From contig OX597822.1 of assembly GCA_951406725.2 (NCBI GenBank), positions 99,572,001 to 99,636,000 on the forward strand: a stretch of DNA of 64,000 nt. Reading direction: 5' to 3'. The position numbers and the translations under genes were made by a program. The notes below the pieces were generated by a model that did no database searches, was not told where the DNA came from, and worked only from the letters and a program-made list of their open reading frames with translations. Source of the DNA: Octopus vulgaris. Taxonomy: Eukaryota. This document shows positions 25,441 to 38,593 of the stretch, piece by piece (the first letter of the stretch is position 1; every line of letters begins with the position of its first letter).

Positions 25441-25447
<7 letters not shown>
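23998..25447. repeat. Complex local rearrangement: direct duplication flanking an inverted copy of nearby DNA
   Basis: 24140-24461 is the reverse complement of about 25138-25447, including unique non-SINE flank. 23998-24038 and 24092-24148 are repeated at 24468-24565. Confidence 0.9.
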
Positions 25448-25511
<64 letters not shown>

Positions 25512-25675
25512 CGATGGGCTTCTTTCAGTTTCCGTCTACCAAATCCACTCACAAGGCTTTGGTTGGCCCAAGGCTATAGTAGAAGACACTTGCCTAAGGT
25601 GCCACACAGTGGGACTGAACCCAGAACCATGTGGTTGGTAAGCAAGCCACTTACCACACAGCCACTCCAGCGCCT
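25253..25675 (-). mobile_element. SINE family A
   Basis: Copy with head and tail but a short internal deletion. A further 3' fragment lies at 25768-25860. Confidence 0.9.
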
Positions 25676-28560
25676 AGTTACCTTTTCTGCCACTAAATTC
25701 TAACGGTTTTTCTAGAAAGGAATTTCTCTTTTCCACATGTCTTTGAAAGCGTAGAGCTGGTGGATGACTTACTCTTGTACTTGTACTTGTTTCAGTCATT
25801 TGACTGCGGCCATGCTGGAGCACCGCCTTTAATCGAGCAACTCGACCCCGGGATTTATTCATTTTGTTGTAAAAAAATTACAATAAACTTCATTGTCTGC
25901 ACTCTAACATGCGATGTATGGAATAACAAACACATGCACATATACATTTTATATATATATACATTTTATATATATATATATATAAAATAGGCTTTGTACA
26001 GTTTCCATCTACCAAATTCCTACACACTATGAGTTTCCATCTATCAGATTTCATTATTGGACAGCCTGAGGTTCCACGCAGCAGGTGATATCAAACCCAA
26101 AACCTTATAGTTGTGAAACAGACTTCTTACCCACAAAATCATTAACAAAACTGAACAGCTATAATATAAATGCAGACATTTTTTACTATGATCATCATTT
26201 AACATCCATTTTTCATGCTAGCATGGGTCGGATGGTTTGACAAAATTTGGACTGTGCCATATTCCAATGTCTGCTTTGGCATGGTTTCTAAGGTAACTAT
26301 ACTTCTTAATGCCAATAACCTTTCCTACAACATTTTTACCTTTATTAAACTTTTTCATACCAAACCACTTCAAGCTGTCCCCCATTCTATGATACAAACT
26401 TCCTGTCTTAAAATGATCTTAAAACATTCTAACAAAAATTCCACATAATTGAAACTGTGTATTCTATCAGAAATGTGGTAACAAAAGGGTTAAAGTGAGC
26501 TAAAATAAAACCTTTCATGGTAACAAAAGAGTTAATTTGTTTTAGGACAATTAAAACTGAAGATAAAAATCAAATATTTTACCTAAGAAGAGCAATACAT
26601 GTAATTAATTAACTGTTCATAAATGAGAAGTCTACTAATATTCATAATTTGATAATTGTATATCTGAAAATCATTTATTTAATGCAAGCTACAGCTCTGA
26701 AGAAAAAAAAATCTGTATAGATTTCTGGACATCATGAAATCAGAATTCAATTTACAGAGTTTTCAGGTAACAAAATTCAAAAAGCAAATACTTCAAAAAA
26801 AAAAAAAAAATTTTTTTTAAATACCCCCAAAAGCTCAAACATTCAAACTATTCTTTAGATTTAGCACTGACAGGTGGAAAACAAAATACAAAGACAAAAA
26901 TTTCAAATGAGGTAAATATAAATAAAAATAATAGCTCTTTGGTGATTAACAGCAGTAAAAGAACTCTGACAACAAGATGACAATGACAAGTTATTACATC
27001 ATCAAAGGCCTGCATTATATCACAAGACTTTATAGTTAGTTAGCGAAGGGCATCAATCATCAAATTTGACAGCAACCATGCTCGTCCTATTGTTTACTTT
27101 CCCCCCCATATGCTCAGCAGACTCCTTTGAAACATTTTCACAACAGAATGATATGTTTTCTTTTTTAACTAACTGTAGTTAACAAGTTTATGTCCTTTAG
27201 CTGGTTTAAATTCAAGATTCTACAAGAAACTAATCTTTCACTCATATGTCTGGGCACCAAAGAAATAAAAGCAAAGCAAAAAAAAAAATGTTCTATGTAT
27301 TATAGCATGAAGATAGTTCTAAAGATCATACAAAAGAAACTGAATTTTAAGAGTTAAATGTTTTAGGAATTTCTCTCTCTCTCTCTCTCTCTCTCTAAGT
27401 AATCTCTTTATTAGCAAGCCATGCAAAGCAGTTCTAATCTGGACCCTTCCCTTATATATTTTAACTTTTTATCTCCTGGCATAAGGCCATCTCTGTCAAA
27501 GTTCACAGTCTTACGTGGCAGCCTCAGCAACTTCACAAGTGCTGGTGCCAATAAAAAGAAGCAACCAGTACACACTGCAAACTTGGTGGCATTAGGAAGG
27601 GCTTTTAGTCATAGAAACCATACCAAAGCAGACACTGGAACACGATACAGTTCGTCAACCTGTAAAACTACCCAACCCATATCAGCATAGATCTTGGATG
27701 CTAAATGATGATAATGATGGCTATAACTATCAGTAAATATCTTCCAGTGCAAAAGATCCCCTTCAGTCATGAATGACCATGGGATTGCATATAGAAAGTT
27801 TCCCTTGGAGGCACAAGTCACAACAAGGTTGTTTATGGAAGACCAGCAGTTGCCCATGCATACCAGCCTCCCCCTCTCCACACCACAACTCATTTCTACA
27901 GCTGAGTGAACTGGAGCAACATAAAATAAAGTGTCTAGCTCTAGAACATAACACACAGCCTGGTACGGGAATCATATGTACCTAAATCATAAATACTATG
28001 AAGATAAATGCTTCCCAACCAAGTGGTTCCAGGTTCAGTCCCATTACATAAACTTGTTAAATAAATAAATCAGAGTTCATTTGTGTCTAAACAACATATG
28101 GCAATTCCAATGCAATGAAGCATTATTAATTACAGCAAACTATCCAAGTAAATTAATGTTCAGTTATTAATTACTAACAACATTAATTTCATAAGTGCAT
28201 TATAGATTATCTAAAGTTTAAATTCACTGTCATTTTACTACAGAGCTCACTGTATTTATAAAAGGCATTGGGTAGGTGGAGTATAGTATTTCAATGCAGG
28301 CCTATTACTATTGAAGATGCTAATGTTTACTCATTAACCTGAAGCTATTCACTTCTGTTGTTAATTAGTACCCTAGCTTCTACTGGCTATCAACCTTGCC
28401 ACAATGAAAATTGACAGCATGATATGTACATGAATGCAAAATCTCTGTCCCTACCAGCTTAGCACCATCCTTACTTCCACCATTTCAAAAGCAAAGTTGA
28501 ACCTATTTACTTCTAGTATTTCAGTCTATTTCCTGTAGTAGTAGTAGTAATACTAAATAG

Positions 28561-28561
<1 letters not shown>

Positions 28562-28597
<36 letters not shown>
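28562..28597. repeat. (AAT)n microsatellite
   Basis: Perfect aat run directly before the LINE fragment. Confidence 0.95.
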
Positions 28598-28599
28598 CT

Positions 28600-28960
28600 G
28601 GAAATAGAGGTAACTCAGATGATAATGTTTCTCTAAAAGAAACAGAGAAACTTTCCAAAATATAAAAATCTAGAAAGAGGTAACTCAAATATGAAGTCTA
28701 AACCCAGAAACAATTGCCATCATATAGGTGCATTAGGTATGATAAAAAAAATATTCAGACAAATACATAACAAAAGCTACAAGACTAACAAGTATATATG
28801 ACATACAGAAAATAACGATATTGTGCACTGCACACATCCTACATAAAACACTTTCAACACAATAAAAACAAGAGCATCACAACAAACCACAGTACATACC
28901 CAAGTCTGCACTCGATAGTGCAGTGAAAGCACGTGATAAAAATAAGACTACTGAATAATA
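28600..28960 (+). pseudogene. R4/Dong-type non-LTR retrotransposon 3' end (restriction-like endonuclease C-terminus and 3' UTR)
   Basis: With frameshifts: DDNVSLKETEKLSK, YKNLE, GALGMIKK, YSDKYITK, IQKITILCTAHILHKTLSTQ*. The UTR ends in aataata. Confidence 0.8.
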
Positions 28961-29745
28961 AGCTGGAAACATTACTACAGACTGTACATGGATTTACCAA
29001 AGAAATAAACATGAAATTTGGCTTAGAAAAATGAGCCAAAGCAACCTTGAAAGAGAAAACCTAGTTAAGAGTAACAACATTATACGAGATAAAGCAAATG
29101 AAATAAGAGAATTAGACATACAAATACTTAGGAATTAATGAACTAGATATGATACAACGCACACAGATGAAAGAGAAGATAAGAAAGGAATACTATAGAA
29201 GAGTTAGATTAATACTGAAAACAGAACTCAATGTGAAAAACAAGATAATAGGTATCAACACTAGCCATCCCAGTTATAAGTTACAGCTAGAATATTCTTA
29301 ACTGGACTCTAAACAAACTAATGAAAATAGACAGGAAAACAAGAAAAATAATGAAAAGATTTAGGATGCACCATCCAAAATTTGACATAGAAAGGTTATA
29401 TTGTATCGTAGGTGGTAGAGGCCTTATACAACTAGAAAACTATTACAAAATAACCACTATTACAAATAAGGCGGCGAGCTGGCGGAAACGTTAGCGCGCA
29501 GGGCGAAATGCTTAGCAGTAATTCGTCTGTCGTTACGTTCTGAGTTCGAATTCCGCCGAGGTTGACTTTGTCTTTCATCCTTTCGGGGTCGATAAATAAA
29601 GTACCAGTTTCGCAATGGGGTCGATGTAATCGACTTAATCCCTTTGTCTGTCCTTGTTTGTCCCCTCTATGTTTAGCCCCTTGTGGGTAGTAAAGAAATA
29701 TATTACAAAATAACCACCATAGGATTACAGAAATACCTACTTCAG
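28961..29745 (+). pseudogene. Same LINE clade: RT C-terminal/thumb fragment interrupted by a SINE B copy
   Basis: MKFGLEK*AK, YKYLG, MKEKIRKEYYRRVRLILKTELN, IDRKTRKIM...HHPK.DIERLY, GGRGLIQLE. Confidence 0.85.
29469..29700 (+). mobile_element. SINE family B (young)
   Basis: Consensus-like. 17-bp TSD tattacaaaataaccac at 29441-29457 and 29701-29717. Confidence 0.92.
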
Positions 29746-29839
29746 ATGCCATACTGAGAATATTTTATTTTTAGAAAGTGCAGCTCTTTTAAATATAATA
29801 CGAATCCATGTAATTTTATTCCATTTTGAACACGTAGAA

Positions 29840-29996
29840 AGCACCCACTACACTCTCGGAGCGGTTGGCATTAGAAAGGGCATCCAGCTGTAGAAACTCT
29901 GCCAGATCAAGATTGGAGTCTGGTGCAGCCATCTGGTTCGCCAGCCCTCAGTCAAAATCGTCCAAACCATGCTAGCATGGAAGGCGGATGTTAAAC

Positions 29997-30027
<31 letters not shown>
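29840..30027 (+). mobile_element. Retroposon family C, 3' part
   Basis: Family C core with a long (atg)n tail. Confidence 0.85.
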
Positions 30028-30028
<1 letters not shown>

Positions 30029-31167
30029 GTGGCAAAAAAAAAACAAAAAAACGCTGGTGTGGCACTAATATTGCTAGACAAGTAGTAACGATATCTTCAT
30101 GTAGCTAATGTTTTACCACTTTTTTCCCCCTTCCATTTATCATCATGGTTTGGACCTGCACATACTGTGTTTTGCTGTTGAAATGTTTGTCAATTTGTAA
30201 AATGTGAGAAGTCTCTTTTTTTTTTGTGTGGTGGTGGGTACACTCTATACTTATTGATTACACTGTGTAACAAAATTTTAATCTCTTTTGTCTTTGGTTA
30301 GTAAGAGTTTCTTTTTTTTTTGTTTTTATCTAAAAATCAAAGGAAATAACTATTACTTCCTTCAAAGTTTGCTCTTGTGACCTGGACATCAATGTTTTGA
30401 AACTGACTCTATTTTCCATTACATTTCAGACAGTTTCAGCAATGAGTTGCTTACTGCTAACAGCAAATATTCTGCTCAATATCAAGGATTTGCATGTCAG
30501 TTGCTTGACCTTAACCACTTCAGCATGTCTCTTACTAGCTGACAATATGTGCATCACTGACCATGAGAAGGAGTAGTTAAGGAGCATCATAGCCATGTGT
30601 TGGGAGGGATTCTTTAGAGTTTGAATAAATCTAACAAAAGCAAATTTTTGCAAGAAATATTAGCCATTTTTCATACTTTTTAGGGGTAAGCAAATAAGAA
30701 ATAACAGTTGCTACCAAAGATCACAAAAATCATGTTATTCAGTGTTATCTATGACAAACAACAACCTTTGTTATTCCATCAACGAGAGCATTTTCTTTGG
30801 ATATAACCACTTTAAATACTAAAGTGTTAAATGTTAAATTGAAATTATCATTATTATTATTATTATTATTGTTGCTTTGAAAGCAAGTTTGAGAACCATG
30901 GAATGTTTACTGATGGGGTGGGGGTGGGACTTAGTAGAGGCAAATTCATTGTAAAATTTGTGCTGGCATAAGCCACTTCTACATCATGATCATTAAGATT
31001 CATTTTTTTCGATTTACAACAAAATGTCTTGCCAGAATCATTTTATCTAATTCAATCATTAGACATTAGATTACATGACGCTCATCATGTAGCAACTCAT
31101 TTTCATTGTTTTATCCAGAGGAGTAGTATTTGCTTTATTTGCAAGATTTAATCATTGACATCTGTAT

Positions 31168-31557
31168 GTGGCCGATGCCAGTGCCGCCTTGACTGGCTTC
31201 CGTGTCGGTGGCACGTAAAAAACAACCAACCGATTGTGGCCATTGCCAGCCTCCCCTGGCACATAAAAAGCACCATCCGTACATGGTCGATGCCAGCATC
31301 ACTTTGGCTTTCGTAAAAAAACACCAACCGATCGTTGCCATCACCAGCCTCCCCTGGCAACTGTGCCAGTGGCATGTAAAAAGCACCCGCTACACTCACG
31401 GAGTGGTTGGTGTTAGGAAGGGCATCCAGCTGTAGAAACACTGCCAGATCAGACTAGAGCTTGGTGCAGCCTCCTGGCTTCCCAGACCCCGGTCGAACCG
31501 TCCAACCCATGCAAGCATGGAAAACGGACGTTAAACAATGATGATGATGATGATGAT
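31168..31557 (+). mobile_element. Retroposon family C
   Basis: Internal repeats, core and (atg)n tail. Confidence 0.85.
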
Positions 31558-34068
31558 CACATCCCCTCAGCACTGGGTTATTAAAATAACAATATACAAA
31601 AAAAAATCTTTATCATACCTAATTTTACAATAAATATTCCATTTAACTATAAAACTATAAGAAGACTAAGAGACTAAGTATAAAGCATATTGGCTAATTG
31701 AGCCTGCCACAGGTAGACTGATATTACAACAACTTACAAGTCACCTTGCTAAGATATGAAATCCACAAATCTGTCCATAAACCACAATGCAGCAATTTAG
31801 AAAATCAAATTTGCTACACAACATTTATGCTCTTTAATCAGCAATTGCTTTTAAACAATGAAGCTGCAAACAAACAACATTTGATGTCTAGATAAAAGTA
31901 AAAGGAAAACTTCATATTAAAATGAATTGAAAGATGTAAACAGTTGTTCAGATATATATTCAGTGATGCATGAATGCTAACAGGATATTGAAATATTATA
32001 TAATTTCTTCGTGGATTCTTCAGGTTTATAAAACAGACAATATTTTTACATTTCTATTTCATTTGTTACATGAGACAGTAATACTAAACATAAACAAAAT
32101 ATCACTGACATAACAGACTAGAATTGTATCTGGGAAATCTATAGTTTCACATGACCAAATAAAACAGAAACTATCTACTGAAATTTAACAAAGTCTATGG
32201 AAATAACACAACACAATAAATTGAAATTCTACATCAGGAATCAAAATCTATTGGAAAATATTTTTACATTGCAAATCAAAGCTAATAAATTTATCACAGA
32301 TAAAACTTCCTTTGCAATATGGTTATTAAAAAAAAACTGATGATAATGATGAAAAATATTCTTGATACTTAGTTCATTCAATCTAAAGCAAAACATGGCA
32401 TTGAGTGAATCTGACAGACAGAAAGTAAGAGAAGACTACTGTATCATCATCATCATCATTTAACATTTATGTTTCTTGCAGGCATGGGTTAGATGGTTTG
32501 ACAGATCTGAAGAGTTTTTTGTGCTCCAATGTCTGCTTTGGCATGGTTTCTACAGCTGGATGCCTTTCTGAATTGCAACAACTTCACATCATCTGTTTTT
32601 TTTGGGTTTTTTTGTTTTGTTTTTTTGGTAGCACCAGCACTAGTGAGGCCACAATATGTCTATGCTTGTTTACACCTGCAACTGTTTGTGCAAAAGTGCA
32701 ACATGCAGTGATGTCAAATTTTCCTGTCAACAAATCATCTGGAAACTTCGTGCTGTCAAAGCAGTATGGGATAAGTGATCCCATACTTGAAAGAGTTGAC
32801 ACCCAGAAGAGAATCCAGCTTTTAAACAATGCCTCAAATAATATATTCTTCAACTCCTGCAAGCATGGAAAAATGGATGTAAAACAAATGGAATATGCAA
32901 GTTGGTCTATCAGAAAGTTTATACACAGTATCTTCATGGATAGTTAAGGAAGGTGCACAGTTGCTGACAAAATTCCAAAGCTGAACTATACAGTATATAC
33001 AGGTGTTCCTTTCTTTTCAGTCCATGAACATATCATGTATATAAACATAATCTGCTTCAATAAACTTTGTGGGACTCATGCAAGTATGGAAAAAGTGACG
33101 ATTGAAACTATTATGATTAACATTGCTATAATGTATTATAGGCTAAAAACCTATATGTCTATAAGTTTTTAGCCAACACTCTATGTTAATCATCATCATC
33201 ATCATTGCTGTGAGACTGAGCAGAATTGAGATAGTTACAATTGTACTAATTAGATTTAATGAGATTCAGCTCTTATTAACGAAGAACCATATATATTTGT
33301 AATATACTTGTGTTTGTGAGGGACAGCTTTTCTGTCAAACGTGTTATTGGAAGCATGAAAGGCACATTGCATAGTTAAGCACAGGCTTGGCTATGTGGTT
33401 GAAAGCAAACTTCTCAACCACATGGTCTCAGGTTCAGTCCCATGGTGCTAAAGACCCCATAAGCCAACCAATGCCTTGTGAGTGTATTTGGTACCCAGAA
33501 ACTGTGGAAACCCATGGTATGTGTCTGTGTTTACCTTTGTCCCCTTGCTGCTTGACAACCAATGTTGGCTTTGCAAACAGAATCAGTAGAATAAGTATCA
33601 GACTTCAAAAAATATTTTTTGAAATACTGCAGTCAAATTGTTCAACTAACCCTACAAGTTGGTGTTCTAGCATGGCCAGAGTTCAATAACTAAAACAAAT
33701 AACAGAGTAAAAGAGCAAGCAGGGAAACAGTATTTTAACTTCAGAAGAATATATCAGATTACAAACAATACATTGGTTTTGTCTTTGATATATTAACCTC
33801 CAGAACATGCTCAGTCATCAGGCATTTCATAATTAGTACATGACAACAACGCCAATAAATTTAATTAGATAGAGAGCTGCTTTAATTGGAAATTTACATC
33901 TTAATTAGCATCACGTAGAAACCACCCCATAGTTCAACGAAATAAGACTTTTTTTTTTTATTCTGAAGCTTTCAACTCTTTTTCACAAGATGTGTTTTGA
34001 TTAGGAAAACGGAAATGTTTTATTTTGAAAAAAAAAAGAAAAAAAACTGAATCTGAAACAAAATTTAT

Positions 34069-34297
34069 TAACCTTTTTCATTCTAAGCTCACACCCCTGT
34101 CACTACCCCTTGATCTATGACACAAATCTCTTTTTTGAAGTAACTTAAATTAAAACTTTCCATCATAATTTCATGTTTATGTTCCAAGTCCCACCTTAAT
34201 AATAACAAAATTACTTTATTAAATGTTTCGTTATTTTCAAAAATTAATGAAAGAAAAGCAATGTATTTCAAGAGAAATATGTTAACAAATGGGCTAA
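34069..34297. mobile_element. Old piggyBac-family MITE
   Basis: ttaaccttttt ... ttaacaaatgggctaa. Body similar to copies near 5945, 26340, 42110 and 53762. Confidence 0.6.
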
Positions 34298-36026
34298 AAA
34301 AACCCATATGTATTCCTTACTTTGCTGATTAAGATTATCTAATAGAAGAGTAACAATTTAGGTATCAGTCAGTACTAGTCATATTGTAATGCAAGCTGAT
34401 GGCAGCCTCACTAGTGCTGTGCCATGAAAAAAGCACTAAGTACACTCTGTAAAGTGGCTGATGTTAAGAAGGGTATTCAGCTTTCAAAACCATGCCAAAG
34501 CAGATATTGGAGCTTGGTGTAGTCTTTGGACCAATCAAATCTGATCAAATTGTGTAACCTACAGCAGCATGAAAGATGGTCATTAAATTATGAGGATGAT
34601 AGTGAAATGAAAAATTAAAATAAACTTGTATTTAACTAATATATCTATATGGATAAAATCATAATCTCTCAGGAGTTTAAAAGAATTAATATCGTTTTTA
34701 AAAAAATCAAATCAGAAAACTAAATCTTATTAAATATAAAACCTTATGATATGCATGAGAAGATAATAAATTAAAGAGAAAAAGGAAAAAAAAAACAAAA
34801 AACAGACTATATAATTTTTAGTTTTTTTTTTTTTTAGATCTCAACTCAACTTCCTAATGATCTGAAAGATAGATGCTGATGATGATGATGATCACCATCA
34901 CCATCATCATCAGTGGTCTAATATTTACTTTTCCCCGCTTGCATGGGTCAGATAGAATTTATCAAGGGAGATTTTCTATAGCCAGATGCCCTTCCTGTCA
35001 CCAACCCTGAACTGTTTCCTAGCAAGATAATATTTCCCCAAGACTGGACATAATTCCATGGATGACTGGAAATAAGGGACTCCATTTTACATGACAATGA
35101 CACTCACTTATAGCTATCATGTAATGTCATGTTAAGGGGACACAAATATACATGCGTGCACACAGACACACATACACACATTTATATACGCATTGAGCTT
35201 CATTCAGTTTCCATCTACCAAATCCACTCACAAGGTTTTGTTCACCCTCAGACTACAATGGAAGACACTTGCTCAACATGCAACATAGTGGGACTGAACT
35301 CGAAACAATGTGGTTGGGAAACAAACTTTTTAACCATACAGCCATGCCTGCATATACAATATCAAATGGTTATTGTTATCAAGGTTGGCAGTTCCCAATC
35401 ACACTCAGGATATCGTTATAATCTTTGCTTAATGTTATCAGCCAGCTAAATTAATCTGTTCCCAAAGTGATCATAACAAAAGGTTTTCAGCATACATCTG
35501 AAAATAAATTCTATTTCTGAATTATTTTTTTTTTTTTGGTATTAAATTTAAAGCCCAGATCATAAGATGTAAATTAAACATGAAAATAATTGAAATAAAT
35601 TACGCTATGAGCTTCCCCACACCCAATCAATAAATTTTTTTTTTTTTTCCTTTTAATTATGTGATATTTTATGAAATTATGAATTAACTTAAATAATTAG
35701 TGTTAATTGTAATTACTGAGAAAATCAAATTCGAATAATCATAATTATGAGGAATCTAAACTGTAGTTACGCCAGAGAATTGACTGGAAAAAAAATATCA
35801 CACAATTTCTAATAAAGCTCACAAATGGAGATATTTAACAATCATAAAATGCTATAACAGAAAATTTTCTAAAACATAAATTTTGAAGAAAAAATATTAA
35901 TCTAGTCTCAACATGAGAACTACCGCATACCGTCTGACATAACAGTCCCTAGAGATTGCATTTTCAAACATTTTTGATTGTTTAACTTTTTCCAAATTTG
36001 ATCATTTTATGAGTTTAGTTTCACTT

Positions 36027-36257
36027 ATTTGTTTATTGCTCACAAGGGGCTAAACATAGAGGGTACAAACATGGACAGACAAAGGGACTAAGTCGATTAC
36101 ATCGACCCCAGTGTGTAAATGGTACTTATTTAATCGACCCCGAAAGGATGAAAGGCAAAGTCGACCTCAGCGGAATTTGAACTCAGAACGTAACGGCAGA
36201 CGAAATACCGCTAAGTATTTCGTCCGGTGTGCTAACGTTTCTGCCAGTTCGCCACCT
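36027..36257 (-). mobile_element. SINE family B
   Basis: Consensus-like, flanked by a ttatgagtttag(t/c)ttcactt duplication. Confidence 0.9.
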
Positions 36258-38372
36258 TATGAGTTTAGCTTCACTTGCCTCTAAAGCATTCATATGCACA
36301 CATAAACTTTGGTATTCATCTACCAATAGACACCAAAAGACATGCACAAAACAGACCTTGATCAAATGTGAAATCAAGAAATATGGACCCATGTGTATTA
36401 AATCATCATCATCATTTTAACATCAACTCTGCCATGCTTGCATGGGTCAGACAAAATTCAATGAAGTAGATTTTCCATAATCAAATGCACTTCTTCTTGT
36501 CAACTTTCACCTGTTTTCAAGTAAGGTCATATTCCCTCTTGTCCAGAAGACTCTAAGAACACAAGCACATACACATATACCAGGCATCTTTCTGCCTGCC
36601 AAATCCACTCAAGACTTTGGTTAGCCTGGGGCTGTAGTAGAAGACAGTCATCCAAGATGCTGGGCAGCGGGAATGAACTTAAAACTATGTGGATAGGGAA
36701 GCAAACTTGTTAACCATACAGACACCAAAAGCAAAAAAAAATTATGATAAAAAATAATAAGCGAAATCCAAATACACATGTGAAAACTCATGTAGGAATT
36801 TGCATTAAAAAATCTGCTTTCTTTACAAACAACTCAGCTAGAGTCAACAAGTGAATGAGTTTTTACAGTTGGTTGACTTGCTAGAAAATTAGCATCAAAT
36901 TCACATATTAAAAATTGAAATAATATAAGATAATATTATTTCAAAATGCCCTGAACTAAAAAGAAAAAAAAAAAAAAACAGTAAGATGGTCACAGCTGGA
37001 ATGCCTTTGATCATAGGTCTGTTTTTGAAAGACCACAAAGATTAACTTTGCACCTCACTTCTTTAATTAAATCATATAGAATTTACAAACTGCCAAGAGA
37101 GAATCATTGATAGATATTGCTTTTTCATAATGTTTGTTCGTGTGTGTCTGTGTGTGCACACACACAGAGACACATAAACTTCATAGTGTAGGATATTTTA
37201 GTAGCTAATACATTTTTTTCCCTCCAAAATTCTCTGATCTCGAATAAAGTTATGAAAGCATAAGAAAAAGAAAAGAAAAGACATAAATCAATATCAAAAG
37301 AGTAACCAACACTCAAAGTTTTAAAAGAAAAACAACAGAAACAATGTTTGTTAACAACGTAATCTTATCAAAGGTATATAATCAATAAAATTTCAAAATT
37401 TTAAGCTGATCAAAAATAAATTAATTTCACTATAATAAACAAAACACAAATATTTCAAAAAGACAGATTTAAAAGAATTAGAGGAATAAAATATTAAAAT
37501 TTAAATTGAAGAAACAACCGTTTTATTACCCATGCTTATAAAATAGGTACCAGTAATTTGCTAAGGTTCATTCAAATGCCTACATGCCTTTTGATGGGAG
37601 TTTGATACCTTTATAATAAACCCAGGTTTTATCTCAACTCAGTTGGCCCTCTTCATTCAAATATACTAACATTAGACATCCAGGGGAGCACACTCACTTC
37701 ATCATCGTTTAACGTCCGCTTTCCATGCTAGCATGGGTTGGACGATTTTGAATGAGGGCTGGCGAACCACGCTCCAATCTTGATCTGGCAGAGTTTCTAC
37801 AGCTGGATGAAACTCTGCCAACCCTCAGTCAAAACCAGATGGCTCAGCCTTCACACATCACATTCAATGCCTATGGTTTGCTTTCATATAGAAGTATCAT
37901 ACAATCTACCCTTAACTTGGAGAGATAATCCTCTTGTAACTATTTCCACCCAGGTTTACTCTGCTTACTATTCTTTTGAAACAGCTCCCTACCTACACTG
38001 TTAATTAGGCCACCTAGGAAACAGAAAGCTACCAATTACTTCTATGGAAATTACTAAGCATTTGGAATAATTTATTTTACAAGTGCTCTTACTGCAAACC
38101 ATACCTGTACAACATCTATCAAATATTAAGTTTGCCTTCTCAGTCAGCCTGCCTGTGATCACAGTAGCTTGCTTATGATCCCACTATACTTTTCATGCAT
38201 CCATAATTTGTGACGAGTACACTATATATAATTCCTACCAACCACTTTCCTGTATATCAAGCACATTCAGTTCTCTGAAGATGGCAGAATCATATCTTCT
38301 TCCTTACTAACAAGAACAGAGTATAAACTAAAAGACCCAATATAAAGAACATAAATGTTACTTTATAAACTA

Positions 38373-38593
38373 TACATGGGGGTACTGAAAAGTTCCTGGC
38401 TTTGAGTAAAAGAAAATACAGAAGTATCAGTTAATTATGATTTTATTCAACATATTTCCCTCTCAGATTCACACACTTATTGCAGTGGTCCTTCAGTTTT
38501 ACTAAGCTCTGTAAAAGAACTCAGAAGGTTGGGCCCCCAACCAGGCCTTTCACAATACTCTTAAAGCCAGGAAACTTTCAGCATCTCTTCATA
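38373..38593. mobile_element. Tc1/mariner MITE
   Basis: TIRs ggggtactgaaaagttcctggcttt / aaagccaggaaactttcagcatctc with TA flanks. Confidence 0.75.

Noticed and set aside
6649-25703. Recurrent ORFs such as RASFSFRLPNPLTRLWSARGYSRRHLPKVP and FQSFDCGHAGAPPL, suggesting a gene family
   Set aside because: They are translations of SINE A copies and their microsatellites.
23150-26600. Other minus-strand AG|GT juxtapositions (near 23158 and 26582)
   Set aside because: The donors GTATAT and GTAAAA are weak and the pyrimidine tracts are short compared with the site at 17398.
32498-32947. 149-aa and 117-aa overlapping ORFs
   Set aside because: They span decayed family C repeats and T-runs and show no protein motifs.
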